Assembly (NCBI GenBank): GCA_023818965.1
Contig: JAMWCD010000008.1
Coordinates: forward strand, 47,086-111,085
Reading direction: 5' to 3'
Source of the DNA: Candidatus Omnitrophota bacterium
GTDB lineage: Bacteria; Ratteibacteria; UBA8468; B48-G9; DTJG01
DNA: 64,000 bases
Each line of letters starts with the position of its first letter. Position 1 is the stretch's first letter. The notes under the pieces are model-generated. The model made no database searches, was not told the origin of the DNA, and saw only the letters and a program-made list of their open reading frames with translations. Below, piece by piece: positions 1 to 9,665 of this stretch. Both the position numbers and the translations under genes were made by a program.

Positions 1-1143
1 GATATTTACGCAAGAAAAATTGATCTTACAATATCACCAATCAAATTAACAAACAGTTCAAGTGTAGAAAAATCAGACCTCTGTTTTTCTCCTGATGGTT
101 CATCCATTGTTTATACTGGTACTACATCAAATGGAAGGCAAATTTTTTCTCTTCCAGTAAAAATTACTGCAAACAATATCGCTGTGACAGGTTTGCCAGT
201 GAATCTTACACAAACACCAGGAAGTGAAAATTTTCAACCATCTTTTTCTCTTGATGGCAAAAAAATTATTTTCATCTCAACAAGGTCAGGTAGTCCCACC
301 ATTTTTGTAATGAATTCTGATGGTTCAGGTCAATATCAACTTCTTTCAAATTTTGCCTCGTATCCACAATTTTCTCCATGGGACAGTGATAATAGAATTA
401 CTTTTAATTCACAAAGTGTAAAGATTGCAAATCTTGACACTGCCACAGTAGTAGATGTTAATCCATCTATTACACCATCACAAAAATTTTCCTGGGCTAA
501 AAGCATACCTGAAAAAGTAAAGGTAACAAGACAGTTTGTTTATAACAGGGTGGACAAAGACCTTGCATACTATTATTGTTTGAATATCAGTGTGAATAGA
601 TTAAATCCACCACAATCATTCATTCTTACTGAAGAATTGCCCGAGATAGCAAAGGGAGCAAGTGCAGACTGGAAGATTACAGATGCCTGGTTCAATGATA
701 CTCAATTGTTCCCCCTGACAAGTAGTGGCAATACTACAGGTGTAGTAAAATGGATTGTTTCAAACAATATTGGTTCAATATTTCCTCTGACTGATGGTAC
801 ATTAAAACTTAAAATTGAATTTCAGGGTACACCTGTTGAAGGAACCTGGAATTTCATCAATGGAAATATTACAGATGGAACAATACGAACAACTATTTCT
901 GGTGATTCATACATTGTTTATGGTGAACCCGATTTTCCTGCTGATACTGATGGAAATGGAAAAATTTCAGATGCTGAACTCCTTTACACAATTGAAAGGT
1001 GGGCTTCAAATTTAACAATTCATGGATTTCCTATGGATTTGTCTCAGTGGGATTTCTGGTTGCTAAAGACAATTGATTTCTGGGCTAAGGGTGGTTATAT
1101 TTTTGCACCTATTAGTGGAGAATATAACTGGAATAGCATATGA
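1..1143 (+). CDS. secreted TolB-like PD40 beta-propeller protein (5' partial), C-terminal DUF11-like domain plus dockerin-like 'DTDGNGKISDAELLYTIERWA' tail
   Basis: Frame 1 is open from base 1, so the ORF enters from upstream of the window. It shows PD40-like repeats ('FSPDGSSIVY', 'FSLDGKKIIFISTRSG', 'VMNSDGSG'), a DUF11-like block ('EELPEIAKG...KWIVSN') and a D-x-D-x-N-G-x-I-x-x-x-E-L-L-Y motif. Confidence 0.6.
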   Translation, partial: DIYARKIDLTISPIKLTNSSSVEKSDLCFSPDGSSIVYTGTTSNGRQIFSLPVKITANNIAVTGLPVNLTQTPGSENFQPSFSLDGKKIIFISTRSGSPTIFVMNSDGSGQYQLLSNFASYPQFSPWDSDNRITFNSQSVKIANLDTATVVDVNPSITPSQKFSWAKSIPEKVKVTRQFVYNRVDKDLAYYYCLNISVNRLNPPQSFILTEELPEIAKGASADWKITDAWFNDTQLFPLTSSGNTTGVVKWIVSNNIGSIFPLTDGTLKLKIEFQGTPVEGTWNFINGNITDGTIRTTISGDSYIVYGEPDFPADTDGNGKISDAELLYTIERWASNLTIHGFPMDLSQWDFWLLKTIDFWAKGGYIFAPISGEYNWNSI

Positions 1144-1175
1144 ACTTTTATTACTACTACAATGGAGGTTTTTAA

Positions 1176-2993
1176 ATGTTGAACACAGGATGGAAAAGAT
1201 TGATGTTTGCATTATTCATCTTATTTTTTCTTTCAAGTGCCTATGCTCAAATTACAGTAAATGCAGTAAGGACTTTTTCTCAATCAACATATTTGCCAGG
1301 ACAGAGTATTGATGTGACGCTGGCAATTGAAATCACAGGAATGCCAACAGCAGTAATTATTAATGAAACAATACCTGAGACATGGCAGATAACATCATCA
1401 AACCTGCCAATAAATAGTTTTATTGCTCCATCAACTTATAAATGGCTTCAATTTAATGCCACAGGAGTCTCATCAGTTGAAATAAAATATTCTGTAAGTA
1501 TTCCTGAAGATGCTACCGGTGATCAAAGTTTTACAGGACTCGTTGAATATCTTGAAAATGAAACGATGATAACTACTACCATTGGTGGGCAAACAACAAT
1601 TACACTACCACCATCAGGTTTTGGGATTTCCCCTCAATCACTTCATTTTGGAACAACTGATACATCAGCAACTGTTACACTGAGTAATCTTGGTGGTTCA
1701 TCTATTAACTGGACATCATCAATTGCTACTGATGATGGTATTACGGGCTGGTTGAAAGTTTCTCCAAATTCTGGAACGATTGCTGCTGGTTCTAATGCAA
1801 CTGCTACTGTTCAAATTACAAGGTCTCTTTTAACAACAGGTTCTCATACAGGTTCAATTACTTTTACCGCAAATACAAGTCCTGAAACTTCTATAGTTTT
1901 AAGAGTTTCCGCGATTGTTGGAAGTCCTTCTCCTGTTAGTAATTTCACTGCAAGTGCCCTTTTCAATTCAATACTTTTGTCCTGGCAGAATCCTTCAAGT
2001 TTCACTGGAACAATAATTTTCAGGAAAAATGTTCCACTTTCGTGGGATGATAAACCAGTTAATGGAACAAGTTATACGATTGGAAGTCGGCTTCCTGGCG
2101 GTGCAATATGCGTATTCAAAGATACTGTTAATCAGGACACATCATTTATTGATGATACAGCAGTAGAAACATCATATTACAGGATTTTCAGTTTTGATGA
2201 TGGAAGTGCCCCATCTTATTATCCTTTGTATTCTGAAAAATATTCTGATAGCCCCAGTACTGGAATAATACCTTTGCCGATTGAAGTGATATGGGAAGGA
2301 GATAATTTATTCACTGAAACTCAGGTTTACAATGACCCATATGGTTATAATCTTCTTGCTAAATTCAATACATCAGGAGTTAGTGAAGCAGACCCAAAAG
2401 TTTATGTTGGTTATGTGCCTCCAGATTATATCCCTCCAAAACTTACCTCTGTTACAGGGTTCAAAAACACTTATTTATTGAGTTCAAACTTTACTCTAAA
2501 TCCTGATGATACTGTTGACATAAGAATACCTGTGCGACTTGATGAACTGGCAACAGAAGAAACAAGCGTGACTCTGCATAAGACCCATGTTTATCACTGG
2601 CCTGGTGCAAATAATAAATGGGAAGACATTACATCTCAGGTGATAGAAAGAAATCTTAGCCAGATGTATATTACTGTTCGATTAAATGGAAATCAATTAA
2701 AGGGAAATGACTATTTCTCACTCGGCATACCACAGCCCTCTGTAGGTTCAGGTGGCGGTTGTTTTATTGCAACTGCTGCTTATGGAACACCATTTGCGAA
2801 GGAAATTAATGTTTTAAGGAAATTCAGAGACCAGAAACTTTTAAAAACAAAAATGGGAAGTGCCTTTGTAAGATTTTACTATAGACACAGTCCACCAATT
2901 GCAAGTTTTATCAAGGATAAGCCAGTGTTAAGAGCATTTGTGAGAGGAATTTTAAAGCCCATTGTATGGCTTTGCGGGAAATTTGTGGTTTAG
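1176..2993 (+). CDS. secreted surface protein: DUF11-like domain, FN3-like module, CFIATAA-type C-terminal anchor domain
   Basis: Signal peptide 'MLNTGWKRLMFALFILFFLSSAYAQ'. 'ETIPETWQIT...YKWLQF...IKYSVSIPEDATGDQSFTG' matches the recurrent DUF11-like family. An FN3-like 'LLSWQNPSS' follows. The C-terminus 'GSGGGCFIATAAYGTPFAKEINVLRKFRD...YYRHSPPIASFI' is shared with the next gene. Confidence 0.7.
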   Translation: MLNTGWKRLMFALFILFFLSSAYAQITVNAVRTFSQSTYLPGQSIDVTLAIEITGMPTAVIINETIPETWQITSSNLPINSFIAPSTYKWLQFNATGVSSVEIKYSVSIPEDATGDQSFTGLVEYLENETMITTTIGGQTTITLPPSGFGISPQSLHFGTTDTSATVTLSNLGGSSINWTSSIATDDGITGWLKVSPNSGTIAAGSNATATVQITRSLLTTGSHTGSITFTANTSPETSIVLRVSAIVGSPSPVSNFTASALFNSILLSWQNPSSFTGTIIFRKNVPLSWDDKPVNGTSYTIGSRLPGGAICVFKDTVNQDTSFIDDTAVETSYYRIFSFDDGSAPSYYPLYSEKYSDSPSTGIIPLPIEVIWEGDNLFTETQVYNDPYGYNLLAKFNTSGVSEADPKVYVGYVPPDYIPPKLTSVTGFKNTYLLSSNFTLNPDDTVDIRIPVRLDELATEETSVTLHKTHVYHWPGANNKWEDITSQVIERNLSQMYITVRLNGNQLKGNDYFSLGIPQPSVGSGGGCFIATAAYGTPFAKEINVLRKFRDQKLLKTKMGSAFVRFYYRHSPPIASFIKDKPVLRAFVRGILKPIVWLCGKFVV

Positions 2994-3125
2994 TTTCTTT
3001 GAAAATTTCTTAGTCTTTTCCTCCTCCATTCTCCCCCTTTTTACAAAGGGGATCTAAGGGGGATTTAAGGTAGTTTCTCCCTTTTCCAAAGGGAGATGCA
3101 AGAGGGATTTTGAATGTAGAAGGTT
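2994..3125. repeat. G-rich palindromic repeat array (families F1, F2)
   Basis: Units 'tctccccctttttacaaaggggatctaagggggattt' and 'gtagtttctcccttttccaaagggagatgcaagagggatttt'. Confidence 0.8.
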
Positions 3126-3161
3126 AACAGAAATTTTTGATTGTTAAAGGAGAAGCATAAT

Positions 3162-6100
3162 ATGAAAATCAGGAATTTAATTTTATCACTTGTTTTGACA
3201 GGCATTCTATTTACTCAGTACGCAAACTCAAAGGTAACGACTAATTCTGTAAGGTCATATGTTGTTGCCAATCAGGGAATTCTTCCGAATACAAATAGCG
3301 TTCCGCATTCGCCATACAGTCAGGTAATCGGTAGAAATGCAATTGGTGAGGGATACATTATAATTTTTGGTATGAACCTTGCCTCAGATTCTGGTGCGAC
3401 GAGTCCGCAACGTCTTGTCAGTGTAACATTAACAATGGCGCCAACACCTGGATTTGATGTTGACTCGTCTGTTATTATCGATCGTTCTGGAACAATTCTC
3501 GGTGTTACAGGTGGAGTTGGAACAATAACGATACCTGCCGGACGCAGGCCAATATTACCACCTGATGATACTGGTGGATATGCTGGAGATGATTTTTTTG
3601 TTGCGATAAGAACATCTGATAATTGTCTTGATGGCAGCAGTGCAACTTTTTCTATTCCTGCACTTGGTGTTTCTGTTACTCCTGTTCTTGAAGGTGATGT
3701 AACCTGTCCAGGTGGAACCACTGTGGCAATAACGTGTGAAATGCTTATTGGCGACTTATTGCCTGAAGAATATGATAATGCTCATTCAATAGGAATACCT
3801 CAGTATCCTTCTTATTTTCAGTGGCAGCCAGGAGAAATGATAAGACCAAGATATGACCATATTCCATTTGATTATCAATATGCAATCAGTCCATTGACAT
3901 TGCCTACTGTTCCACTGATTCACAATGTTCCACAGGTTGTTCCCTGGGAGACACCAACAGCAGTTCTCGGAATTGCATGCGCTCAAAGAAATGTTACTCC
4001 GAGTGGGGATCCTGTTCCTGCGATTCAGGACCCAGGTGAAGGATTGAATTCAATTACCTTGACTATTACAGATGTTGGAGATAGTGATTTTGATCCGAAT
4101 AATTTTTTCAGAAATAGAGATATTACTTTTGTTAACCCTGAAAATCCATATTCTATCCCGGGTATCACGCTGTGGAAGGATACCAATAATAATGGAATTT
4201 GGGACCCAGGAGATACATTATTAGATTATCAAATGAGTCCTTTTACTCCAACAGGCAATGTTAGGGAATGGACAGTTTCTCTTTCTCCAGTATTAGGAGA
4301 ACCTGATACTATTGATGACCTCTGGGATGGAACTGGGGGAAAGGGGAAATACGATTATTTTATTGTAATCACAATTGCAAGTTCAAATGATTCAGGTACA
4401 CCCAATGTTTCAATTGGTGGTGACTTCAAAATATGGATACCACGAGGTGGTGTTTTGTTTGGTCCTCTTTCTTTTCCCCAGCGATATGCGGGAATATCTC
4501 AAGGACAGGTAAAAACAACTTATCACAATCTTTATGTTGAAAATATCTGCCAGTCATTTGTTGATCCAACAGATACAGGTGATGCACCTGATTTAACATC
4601 AAATGTGATTCCTGTCTTTGGTTTGAATATTGCTTCAGGACCAGCAAATCTTTTTCCGAATGAATACATACAGAGAGTCAGAATTGACCTTATTGCTTAT
4701 GAAAACATAGACCCTGATGATATCGCTCCATTGCAGGAAAACCAGTACTCTGGAATTACATTATGGCGAGATAACAAAAATCCGCCTGCACAGGTTTCAT
4801 CTGTCATAGCACTTGGCAATTTTGATAGTACCGATACATTTATTCCCTGTAGATTTAGCAGTAATCCATTTGGTCCTTATGATTTCCACTGGGCATCAGA
4901 TGGTTATGACCCATCAGTTGGTGCTTACAGATACCATACATATATGACAACATCAGGTTCTTTAACTGACACGGGCTATGTTTATTTTGATGACATTGAT
5001 CCTGATACTTCTACAGTTCACAGGGGAGATGATTTTTTCATTTGCTTAAGAACAAATAATACCCTTGCTTATGGTTCAAAATTCAGGATTCAGATACCGT
5101 GGAATGAAATCATACTTGAGGGAAGCAAACAAGCCAGGTCAAGTCACGAGTTTTTCTCAACACTTGTCACTGGAAATGTTTTTGCAAAAATCACGGGTCT
5201 TGTCAGTCAGGGAGCAACCATTGGCCCACAGAGTAGTCCAACGCCAGTAATGAAACTACAAATAAATGATAACAATTCAGGAAAAAATCCTTCTTTAACA
5301 GGGCTTACAGTTGAATTTTATAATCGTGGTGGATTTACTCTTGATGACCTTGCTCCATTTACCACGCTTTCTCCGTGGTATGAAGCAGGTACGAACTGGT
5401 ATAATATTACCAACTTCAGTCCTGATGCATTAAAACAATGTGGTGTTGTGATTTACAGGGGAACAGATGCTGGACCTGATTTGAATGACCCTGTGATAAT
5501 CAAAAGATATAAATTTTTAACTTCATCATGGTTTGATACACCCACGGGTTATGTTTTTGAATTTCAAAATCCTGTTTCAATTCCCTGTACTCTTTATGTT
5601 GTCATACGAACCTCATCTTCAATGAGTGCAGGCGATGCATTCAGTGTTGGTATTGTCGGATGGGGAGCAACTCAGATTGATTGGGATACCTGGGCATCAA
5701 GGGCAATTCCTGTTGTTGATAAAAATGGTGTTAAGAGCAATGCCTTTGTCAGAAAGGTCACAGAGCCGTTTAATTCAACGTTAGGTGGCACTCTTGATCT
5801 TTATGCTACACCAGGATTTGATGGAATTACGATCAACTGGGTAAACAGGACAAATGTCACACAAAATGAATTCATCAGTTATGAAATCTGGAGAACAGAT
5901 AGTATCGGTGGTGAAACAGATATAACAAGAATTTCAGTTCCAGCAGGTTGGTCTGCAACTTCATATTTTGAAGCAGTTTCAAGGCAGGGTACAGGTGGAC
6001 TTCTTGAAGGAGTAACTTATAATTATAGATTGGTTATGACTTATTCAAGGGCCGGGACAACTCAGACAGTTGTATCAAACAGGGTTAGTGCGAAAGTGTA

Positions 6101-6791
6101 TGGTTTCCCGTACAATATGAGACCATCAAAACCAACAGCAGTTGCTTCAACAAATGGAATTGCAATCTGGTTCAGGGATAATACTTATGATCCATACAAA
6201 GCAAATAGCTGGAGAATTCAAAGAACAATTTATGGTAGAAATGAGTTCACAGACATTACCACAGTTGATACAATCCCAACATTTTATAATCCATATCTTG
6301 ATAATACTGTTGCTTTTAATGTGATGTACCAGTACAGAGTGATTGCTCAGAGAGATGCCAATTCACCTGGGTCTGGAACTGTTGAATCTTATCCATCAGA
6401 CCCTTCAGACAGAACTGCAATCTATGGTACTGATCCTGGAACAGGTCCTGTAAATACACCAAGCGGTGGAGGTGGTGGATGCTTCATTGCGACTGCTGCC
6501 TTTGGAAGTCCTCTTGCGAAAGAAATTGAAATCTTACGACAGTTCAGGGATAGGATACTACTTGAATTTTCAGCAGGAAGAAAATTTGTTGCATGGTATT
6601 ATAGTCATAGTCCGGTTGTTGCTGATTACATCAAAAAACACTCTGCGTTAAAAATCATTGTAAGAATAACATTGTATCCATTGATTGCATTTGCATGGAT
6701 TGTGCTTCATAAAATTTTCCTTTATTTCACTGTAATTTTGTTGAGTTTGATTTTGTTGTTATTGATGAGAAGAAATTTCCTTCATCTTTGA
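3162..6791 (+). CDS. giant cell-surface protein (about 1209 aa) with FN3-like modules and CFIATAA-type C-terminal domain plus TM helix
   Basis: Long ORF. ATG 3162 is preferred over 3141 because AGGAG lies 8 nt upstream. N-terminal signal peptide. FN3-like 'ITINWVNRTNVTQNEFISYEIWRTD'. C-terminus 'GGGGGCFIATAAFGSPLAKEIEILRQFRDRILL...WYYSHSPVVADYI' followed by a hydrophobic helix. Confidence 0.7.
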   Translation: MKIRNLILSLVLTGILFTQYANSKVTTNSVRSYVVANQGILPNTNSVPHSPYSQVIGRNAIGEGYIIIFGMNLASDSGATSPQRLVSVTLTMAPTPGFDVDSSVIIDRSGTILGVTGGVGTITIPAGRRPILPPDDTGGYAGDDFFVAIRTSDNCLDGSSATFSIPALGVSVTPVLEGDVTCPGGTTVAITCEMLIGDLLPEEYDNAHSIGIPQYPSYFQWQPGEMIRPRYDHIPFDYQYAISPLTLPTVPLIHNVPQVVPWETPTAVLGIACAQRNVTPSGDPVPAIQDPGEGLNSITLTITDVGDSDFDPNNFFRNRDITFVNPENPYSIPGITLWKDTNNNGIWDPGDTLLDYQMSPFTPTGNVREWTVSLSPVLGEPDTIDDLWDGTGGKGKYDYFIVITIASSNDSGTPNVSIGGDFKIWIPRGGVLFGPLSFPQRYAGISQGQVKTTYHNLYVENICQSFVDPTDTGDAPDLTSNVIPVFGLNIASGPANLFPNEYIQRVRIDLIAYENIDPDDIAPLQENQYSGITLWRDNKNPPAQVSSVIALGNFDSTDTFIPCRFSSNPFGPYDFHWASDGYDPSVGAYRYHTYMTTSGSLTDTGYVYFDDIDPDTSTVHRGDDFFICLRTNNTLAYGSKFRIQIPWNEIILEGSKQARSSHEFFSTLVTGNVFAKITGLVSQGATIGPQSSPTPVMKLQINDNNSGKNPSLTGLTVEFYNRGGFTLDDLAPFTTLSPWYEAGTNWYNITNFSPDALKQCGVVIYRGTDAGPDLNDPVIIKRYKFLTSSWFDTPTGYVFEFQNPVSIPCTLYVVIRTSSSMSAGDAFSVGIVGWGATQIDWDTWASRAIPVVDKNGVKSNAFVRKVTEPFNSTLGGTLDLYATPGFDGITINWVNRTNVTQNEFISYEIWRTDSIGGETDITRISVPAGWSATSYFEAVSRQGTGGLLEGVTYNYRLVMTYSRAGTTQTVVSNRVSAKVYGFPYNMRPSKPTAVASTNGIAIWFRDNTYDPYKANSWRIQRTIYGRNEFTDITTVDTIPTFYNPYLDNTVAFNVMYQYRVIAQRDANSPGSGTVESYPSDPSDRTAIYGTDPGTGPVNTPSGGGGGCFIATAAFGSPLAKEIEILRQFRDRILLEFSAGRKFVAWYYSHSPVVADYIKKHSALKIIVRITLYPLIAFAWIVLHKIFLYFTVILLSLILLLLMRRNFLHL

Positions 6792-7198
6792 AAATTTTAT
6801 TTCAATTCCCCTTTTAATTTTCAGGGGGACTACGGGGGATTTAAGTAGTTTCTCCCTTTTTTAAATTCTTCTTTCATCCTCCCCCTTTGTAAAGGGGGAC
6901 CACAGGGGGATTTTAAAAGTAGTTTCTCCCTTTTTAAAGGGAGATGCAAGAGGGATTTTAGCCCATCCTTTTGGTTATTCTTTGCCTCGTTTCCTCTCCC
7001 TTGAGGGGAGAGGACAAAAGGTGAGGGTGGCTGTGTAGGAGAATAACCTCCCCTTGCATCCCCTCCTTTCAGGAGGGGAAAGAGGGGAGGTGGCAAAGGG
7101 GGACTACGGGGGATTCAAAAGGAGGGAGAGCAGGAGGGAAAGAGGGGAGGTGATAAAGAGGGATGCAGGCGGATTGAAATAGCGCGATGCAATATTTC
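6792..7198. repeat. palindromic repeat array (F1, F2, F4) including a 140-bp composite unit duplicated at 26718-26860
   Basis: 'agcccatccttttgg[tc]tattctttgcctcgtttcctctcccttgaggggagaggacaaaaggtgagggtggctgtgtaggagaataacctccccttgcatcccctcctttcaggaggggaaagaggggaggtgg' is near-identical at both loci. Confidence 0.85.
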
Positions 7199-7347
7199 AT
7201 ACTAATTTGCCGTCAAAATTATAGGAATACCGAATTGAGTTCGCCAGAGAGCAAGGCGGCAAGGAGAAGGCAACGAGGCATACTGATGTATGTTGAGGAA
7301 GCCGACGACGCAGCCAACGATGCTATATGGATGGAATCAATTCGGTA
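7199..7347 (+). repeat. 149-bp two-copy element (copy 1) with an 11-12 bp long-range inverted repeat 'ataccgaattga...tcaattcggta'; candidate structured sRNA or MITE-like element
   Basis: About 98% identical (3 mismatches in 149) to 17993-18141. It ends 16 nt before the ATG of the 7364 gene. Confidence 0.6.
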
Positions 7348-7363
7348 TCAACAATTTTAAAAA

Positions 7364-8140
7364 ATGAAACAGAATAGTTTTAAATTCAATTTGGCTCGGA
7401 TAGAATTAGTCCCGGCTATTCTTTTGTTGATTTCTTGCTTTCCTTTATTTTCTGCTGATATAAAAAAGCCGTCTCCGAATTTGACTGCAATTTTACAGAA
7501 AAATTTATTTTTTTCTCCCCTTGAAACAAAAAAGGATACCGAGCAATTACCTGTTTTCATCACCAGCATCAAAGAACCTGAACCCCTTGATAAAACTTAC
7601 TCTCTTTCAGGTACATTTGTTTTTACTGATGAGCCCGAAAAAAATACTGCTGTTTTGATTGAAAATAGTTCTAAAAAGATAATCTTTTTGAAAAATGGCG
7701 ACATCATCAATGGTAACAGGGTTATTTCAATTGAAGACAATGGAGTTTTATTTCAATCAGGTTTTGGAGAAAAATTTTTATTGACACAATCAGGAATAAA
7801 GGCATTAGTTCCACAACCAAAAAGATTTTATTTCAGGGTAAATCTTAAATCTGCAATTCAATATTTAACAATGAAACCCGATGTTGTTTATTCAATCAAA
7901 TTCTCTCATGTTGACAGCCCCAGTGGTTTCAAGGTACAAGAAATAGAGCCACAGAGCATTTTTGAATCAGCAGGACTTGGTTTGAACGATGTTATTACAC
8001 AAATAAATGATAAGGTCTTGCAAAGCCCAGATGATGCAATGAGTGCATATATTGATATTCTCAAATCAGGGAAAAAAATTGCACTTGTTAAAGCAATTAG
8101 AGATAAAAAATTGGTTGAACTTGTCTATTTTCTTGAATAA
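7364..8140 (+). CDS. GspC-like secretion protein (N-terminal TM/signal, HR-like segment, C-terminal PDZ domain)
   Basis: N-terminal hydrophobic segment and a C-terminal PDZ-like 'GFKVQEIEPQSIFESAGLGLNDVITQINDKVLQSPDDAMSAYIDILKSGKKIALVKAIRDKKLV'. Domain order is like 28776..29627. Confidence 0.5.
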   Translation: MKQNSFKFNLARIELVPAILLLISCFPLFSADIKKPSPNLTAILQKNLFFSPLETKKDTEQLPVFITSIKEPEPLDKTYSLSGTFVFTDEPEKNTAVLIENSSKKIIFLKNGDIINGNRVISIEDNGVLFQSGFGEKFLLTQSGIKALVPQPKRFYFRVNLKSAIQYLTMKPDVVYSIKFSHVDSPSGFKVQEIEPQSIFESAGLGLNDVITQINDKVLQSPDDAMSAYIDILKSGKKIALVKAIRDKKLVELVYFLE

Positions 8141-8143
8141 AAA

Positions 8144-9046
8144 ATGAAAAAAATATTTGTTTTCGGATTGTGTGTTTTCATTATCGCAGGTTGTGGCAAA
8201 AAACAATCTCCAGTCCAGCAGATGCAGAAGCCACCTGTTTCTTCAGAAACACAGATTATTCAGACAACAAAAACTCAACCAAATATTACTTCCTCAAAGC
8301 CATTGTATCCATCAAGAAAAGAAGAACAAAAAGTAACACCTGAATGGATTAAAAAACTTGTTAGTATTCACAATCAACAATACCAGCAGTGGCAGGAAAA
8401 ATCATCAACTGAAACATCATCTGTTTTGATTGCTTCTTTAATTTCATCAAGTGTAGTTCCATCCTCTCCATCACCCACCAGTTCACCTTCAATTCCAGCG
8501 TCAGGTGGCTCTGTTTCACAGCCATATTCGCCAATTATCAGGCAACCTCAAGCAATGCCATCGGTTTCAACTGCTTCAGGAAGACCTTCTTCAGGGATAA
8601 TCTCTGCTGCGGTATCAGGTAGTTCCTCTGGCACAGCACCACAACCTGGTTCTGGAGGAACAAATCCACCGCAGGATCAGCAACCTCCATCACCAGAAAC
8701 ACCACCAGAACAGCCACAGCAATCATCAGGTGTATCTGTGACAAGGTCAATTCAATCATCATCAGGTAGTGCCTATGTAAGGTTGGATGTTAAAGTCACT
8801 GATAACAGGGTCAATGGAATTATTGTGAGTGAAAACATTCCTGATGGATACCAGTTAATGACTTCGTCTCCAGCAATTTCAAAGAGAGTTGGAAACACAG
8901 TTAAATGGCTTTTTTATGGAACAAGTTTAACTGACCAACTTATCACGTATGAAATTAAAGGGACAGGAAAAGCAACCATTTCAGGAAGTTTCAGTTCAAG
9001 CACTGGAAGCGGAACAATAACAGGTGATTCTCAAATAGGTCAGTAG
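8144..9046 (+). CDS. lipoprotein with Pro/Ser/Gln-rich linker and C-terminal DUF11-like domain
   Basis: Lipobox 'FIIAGC'. Low-complexity PS-rich middle. 'ENIPDGYQLMTSSP...VKWLFYG...ITYEIKGTGKATISGSF'. Confidence 0.7.
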   Translation: MKKIFVFGLCVFIIAGCGKKQSPVQQMQKPPVSSETQIIQTTKTQPNITSSKPLYPSRKEEQKVTPEWIKKLVSIHNQQYQQWQEKSSTETSSVLIASLISSSVVPSSPSPTSSPSIPASGGSVSQPYSPIIRQPQAMPSVSTASGRPSSGIISAAVSGSSSGTAPQPGSGGTNPPQDQQPPSPETPPEQPQQSSGVSVTRSIQSSSGSAYVRLDVKVTDNRVNGIIVSENIPDGYQLMTSSPAISKRVGNTVKWLFYGTSLTDQLITYEIKGTGKATISGSFSSSTGSGTITGDSQIGQ

Positions 9047-9176
9047 AACTTCTCCCATTTTTCAAATCCCCCTTCAAATTCTTCCATCTTCCCCCTTTTT
9101 CCATCCATTTCTTGCCTTATTTCCTCTCCCTTTTTCAAAGGGAGATGCAAGAGGGATTTGAGAGGAAATTGACCTC
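9047..9176. repeat. palindromic repeat array (F1 variant, F2)
   Basis: 'tttctcttccctttttcaaagggagatgcaagagggattt'. Confidence 0.7.
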
Positions 9177-9212
9177 TTGACACCGTCCAATATTTTGATT
9201 ATTATATTGTCA

Positions 9213-9665
9213 ATGGACGAGAATAAAATTGAATTCTATCGCGGAATTCGTTTGGCTGTCGTTATACTTTGTCTTTTCTTTTTTACTCACTCAACAGCAA
9301 TTCAGGGATTTTTGAAACTTCCTGATAATCCTGCCATAAGAAAATTACCTGAAAAATACAGGGGCGGAGAAATTATTGTTGTTACAATCAATGTCAATCC
9401 ATTTCTTCCAGCAGGCACCAAAATCATAGAAAAAGTTCCTGATGGCTGGGACCTTGTTGCAGCAAATCCTCCTCTTGCAGAGCAACCATTTAGAAATATG
9501 TATGTCTGGAAAATTCCCAGAAAGGGAGAAGTGTTGACATCAATAAAATATGCAGTTTCCATTCCACAGGGAAATATTTCAAGGAAGGAATTTACTGGTT
9601 ACATTGATATTGGAAAAAGTATCCGATTAACAATATCAGGAGACAGACACATATGGAGCGAATAA
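9213..9665 (+). CDS. small secreted DUF11-like domain protein
   Basis: The ORF track starts at TTG 9177, but that TTG is the -35 hexamer of a TTGACA-17-TATTAT promoter. ATG 9213 gives 'MDENKIEFYRGIRLAVVILCLFFFTHS'. 'EKVPDGWDLVAANP...YVWKIP...IKYAVSIPQGN...FTG'. Confidence 0.6.
   Translation: MDENKIEFYRGIRLAVVILCLFFFTHSTAIQGFLKLPDNPAIRKLPEKYRGGEIIVVTINVNPFLPAGTKIIEKVPDGWDLVAANPPLAEQPFRNMYVWKIPRKGEVLTSIKYAVSIPQGNISRKEFTGYIDIGKSIRLTISGDRHIWSE

Noticed and set aside
3320-6651. Internal or antisense ORFs inside the 1216-aa gene (3320..3721-, 3786..3986-, 4426..4647-, 5065..5250+, 6142..6324+, 6466..6651+) and inside other large genes (815..1015+, 1073..1312+, 11254..11511+, 12727..12912+, 13956..14171-, 15623..15856-, 18928..19296+, 18952..19209-, 19369..19731-, 19595..19816-, 20991..21230-, 21016..21408+, 21241..21462-, 23099..23302+, 23303..23491+, 25584..25799-)
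   Set aside because: They are nested within much longer, domain-bearing ORFs in another frame or strand.
6830-7096. ORF 6830..7096(-) and similar repeat-borne ORFs (10347..10556-, 18208..18546-, 18471..18665-, 18536..18760-, 21634..21870-, 22622..23014-, 26186..26512+, 26487..26894-, 27507..27731+, 27556..27858-, 33501..33956-, 33601..33858+, 37780..37983-, 37790..38041+, 37854..38102+, 44797..45003+, 53787..53975+, 53914..54114-, 54041..54253-, 54063..54305-)
   Set aside because: They are translations of the G-rich palindromic repeat arrays (PLFQRGTKGDL/PFSKGGLGGI-type strings), equally open on both strands.
8144-9046. Considered whether the PS-rich lipoprotein 8144..9046 carries an in-frame repeat-array insertion
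   Set aside because: The low-complexity linker is Pro/Ser/Gln-rich coding sequence and does not match any of the intergenic palindromic unit families.
9177-9212. TTG start at 9177 for the 162-aa ORF
   Set aside because: The TTG is the first codon of a TTGACA -35 hexamer followed at 17 nt by TATTAT. ATG 9213 gives a proper signal peptide.
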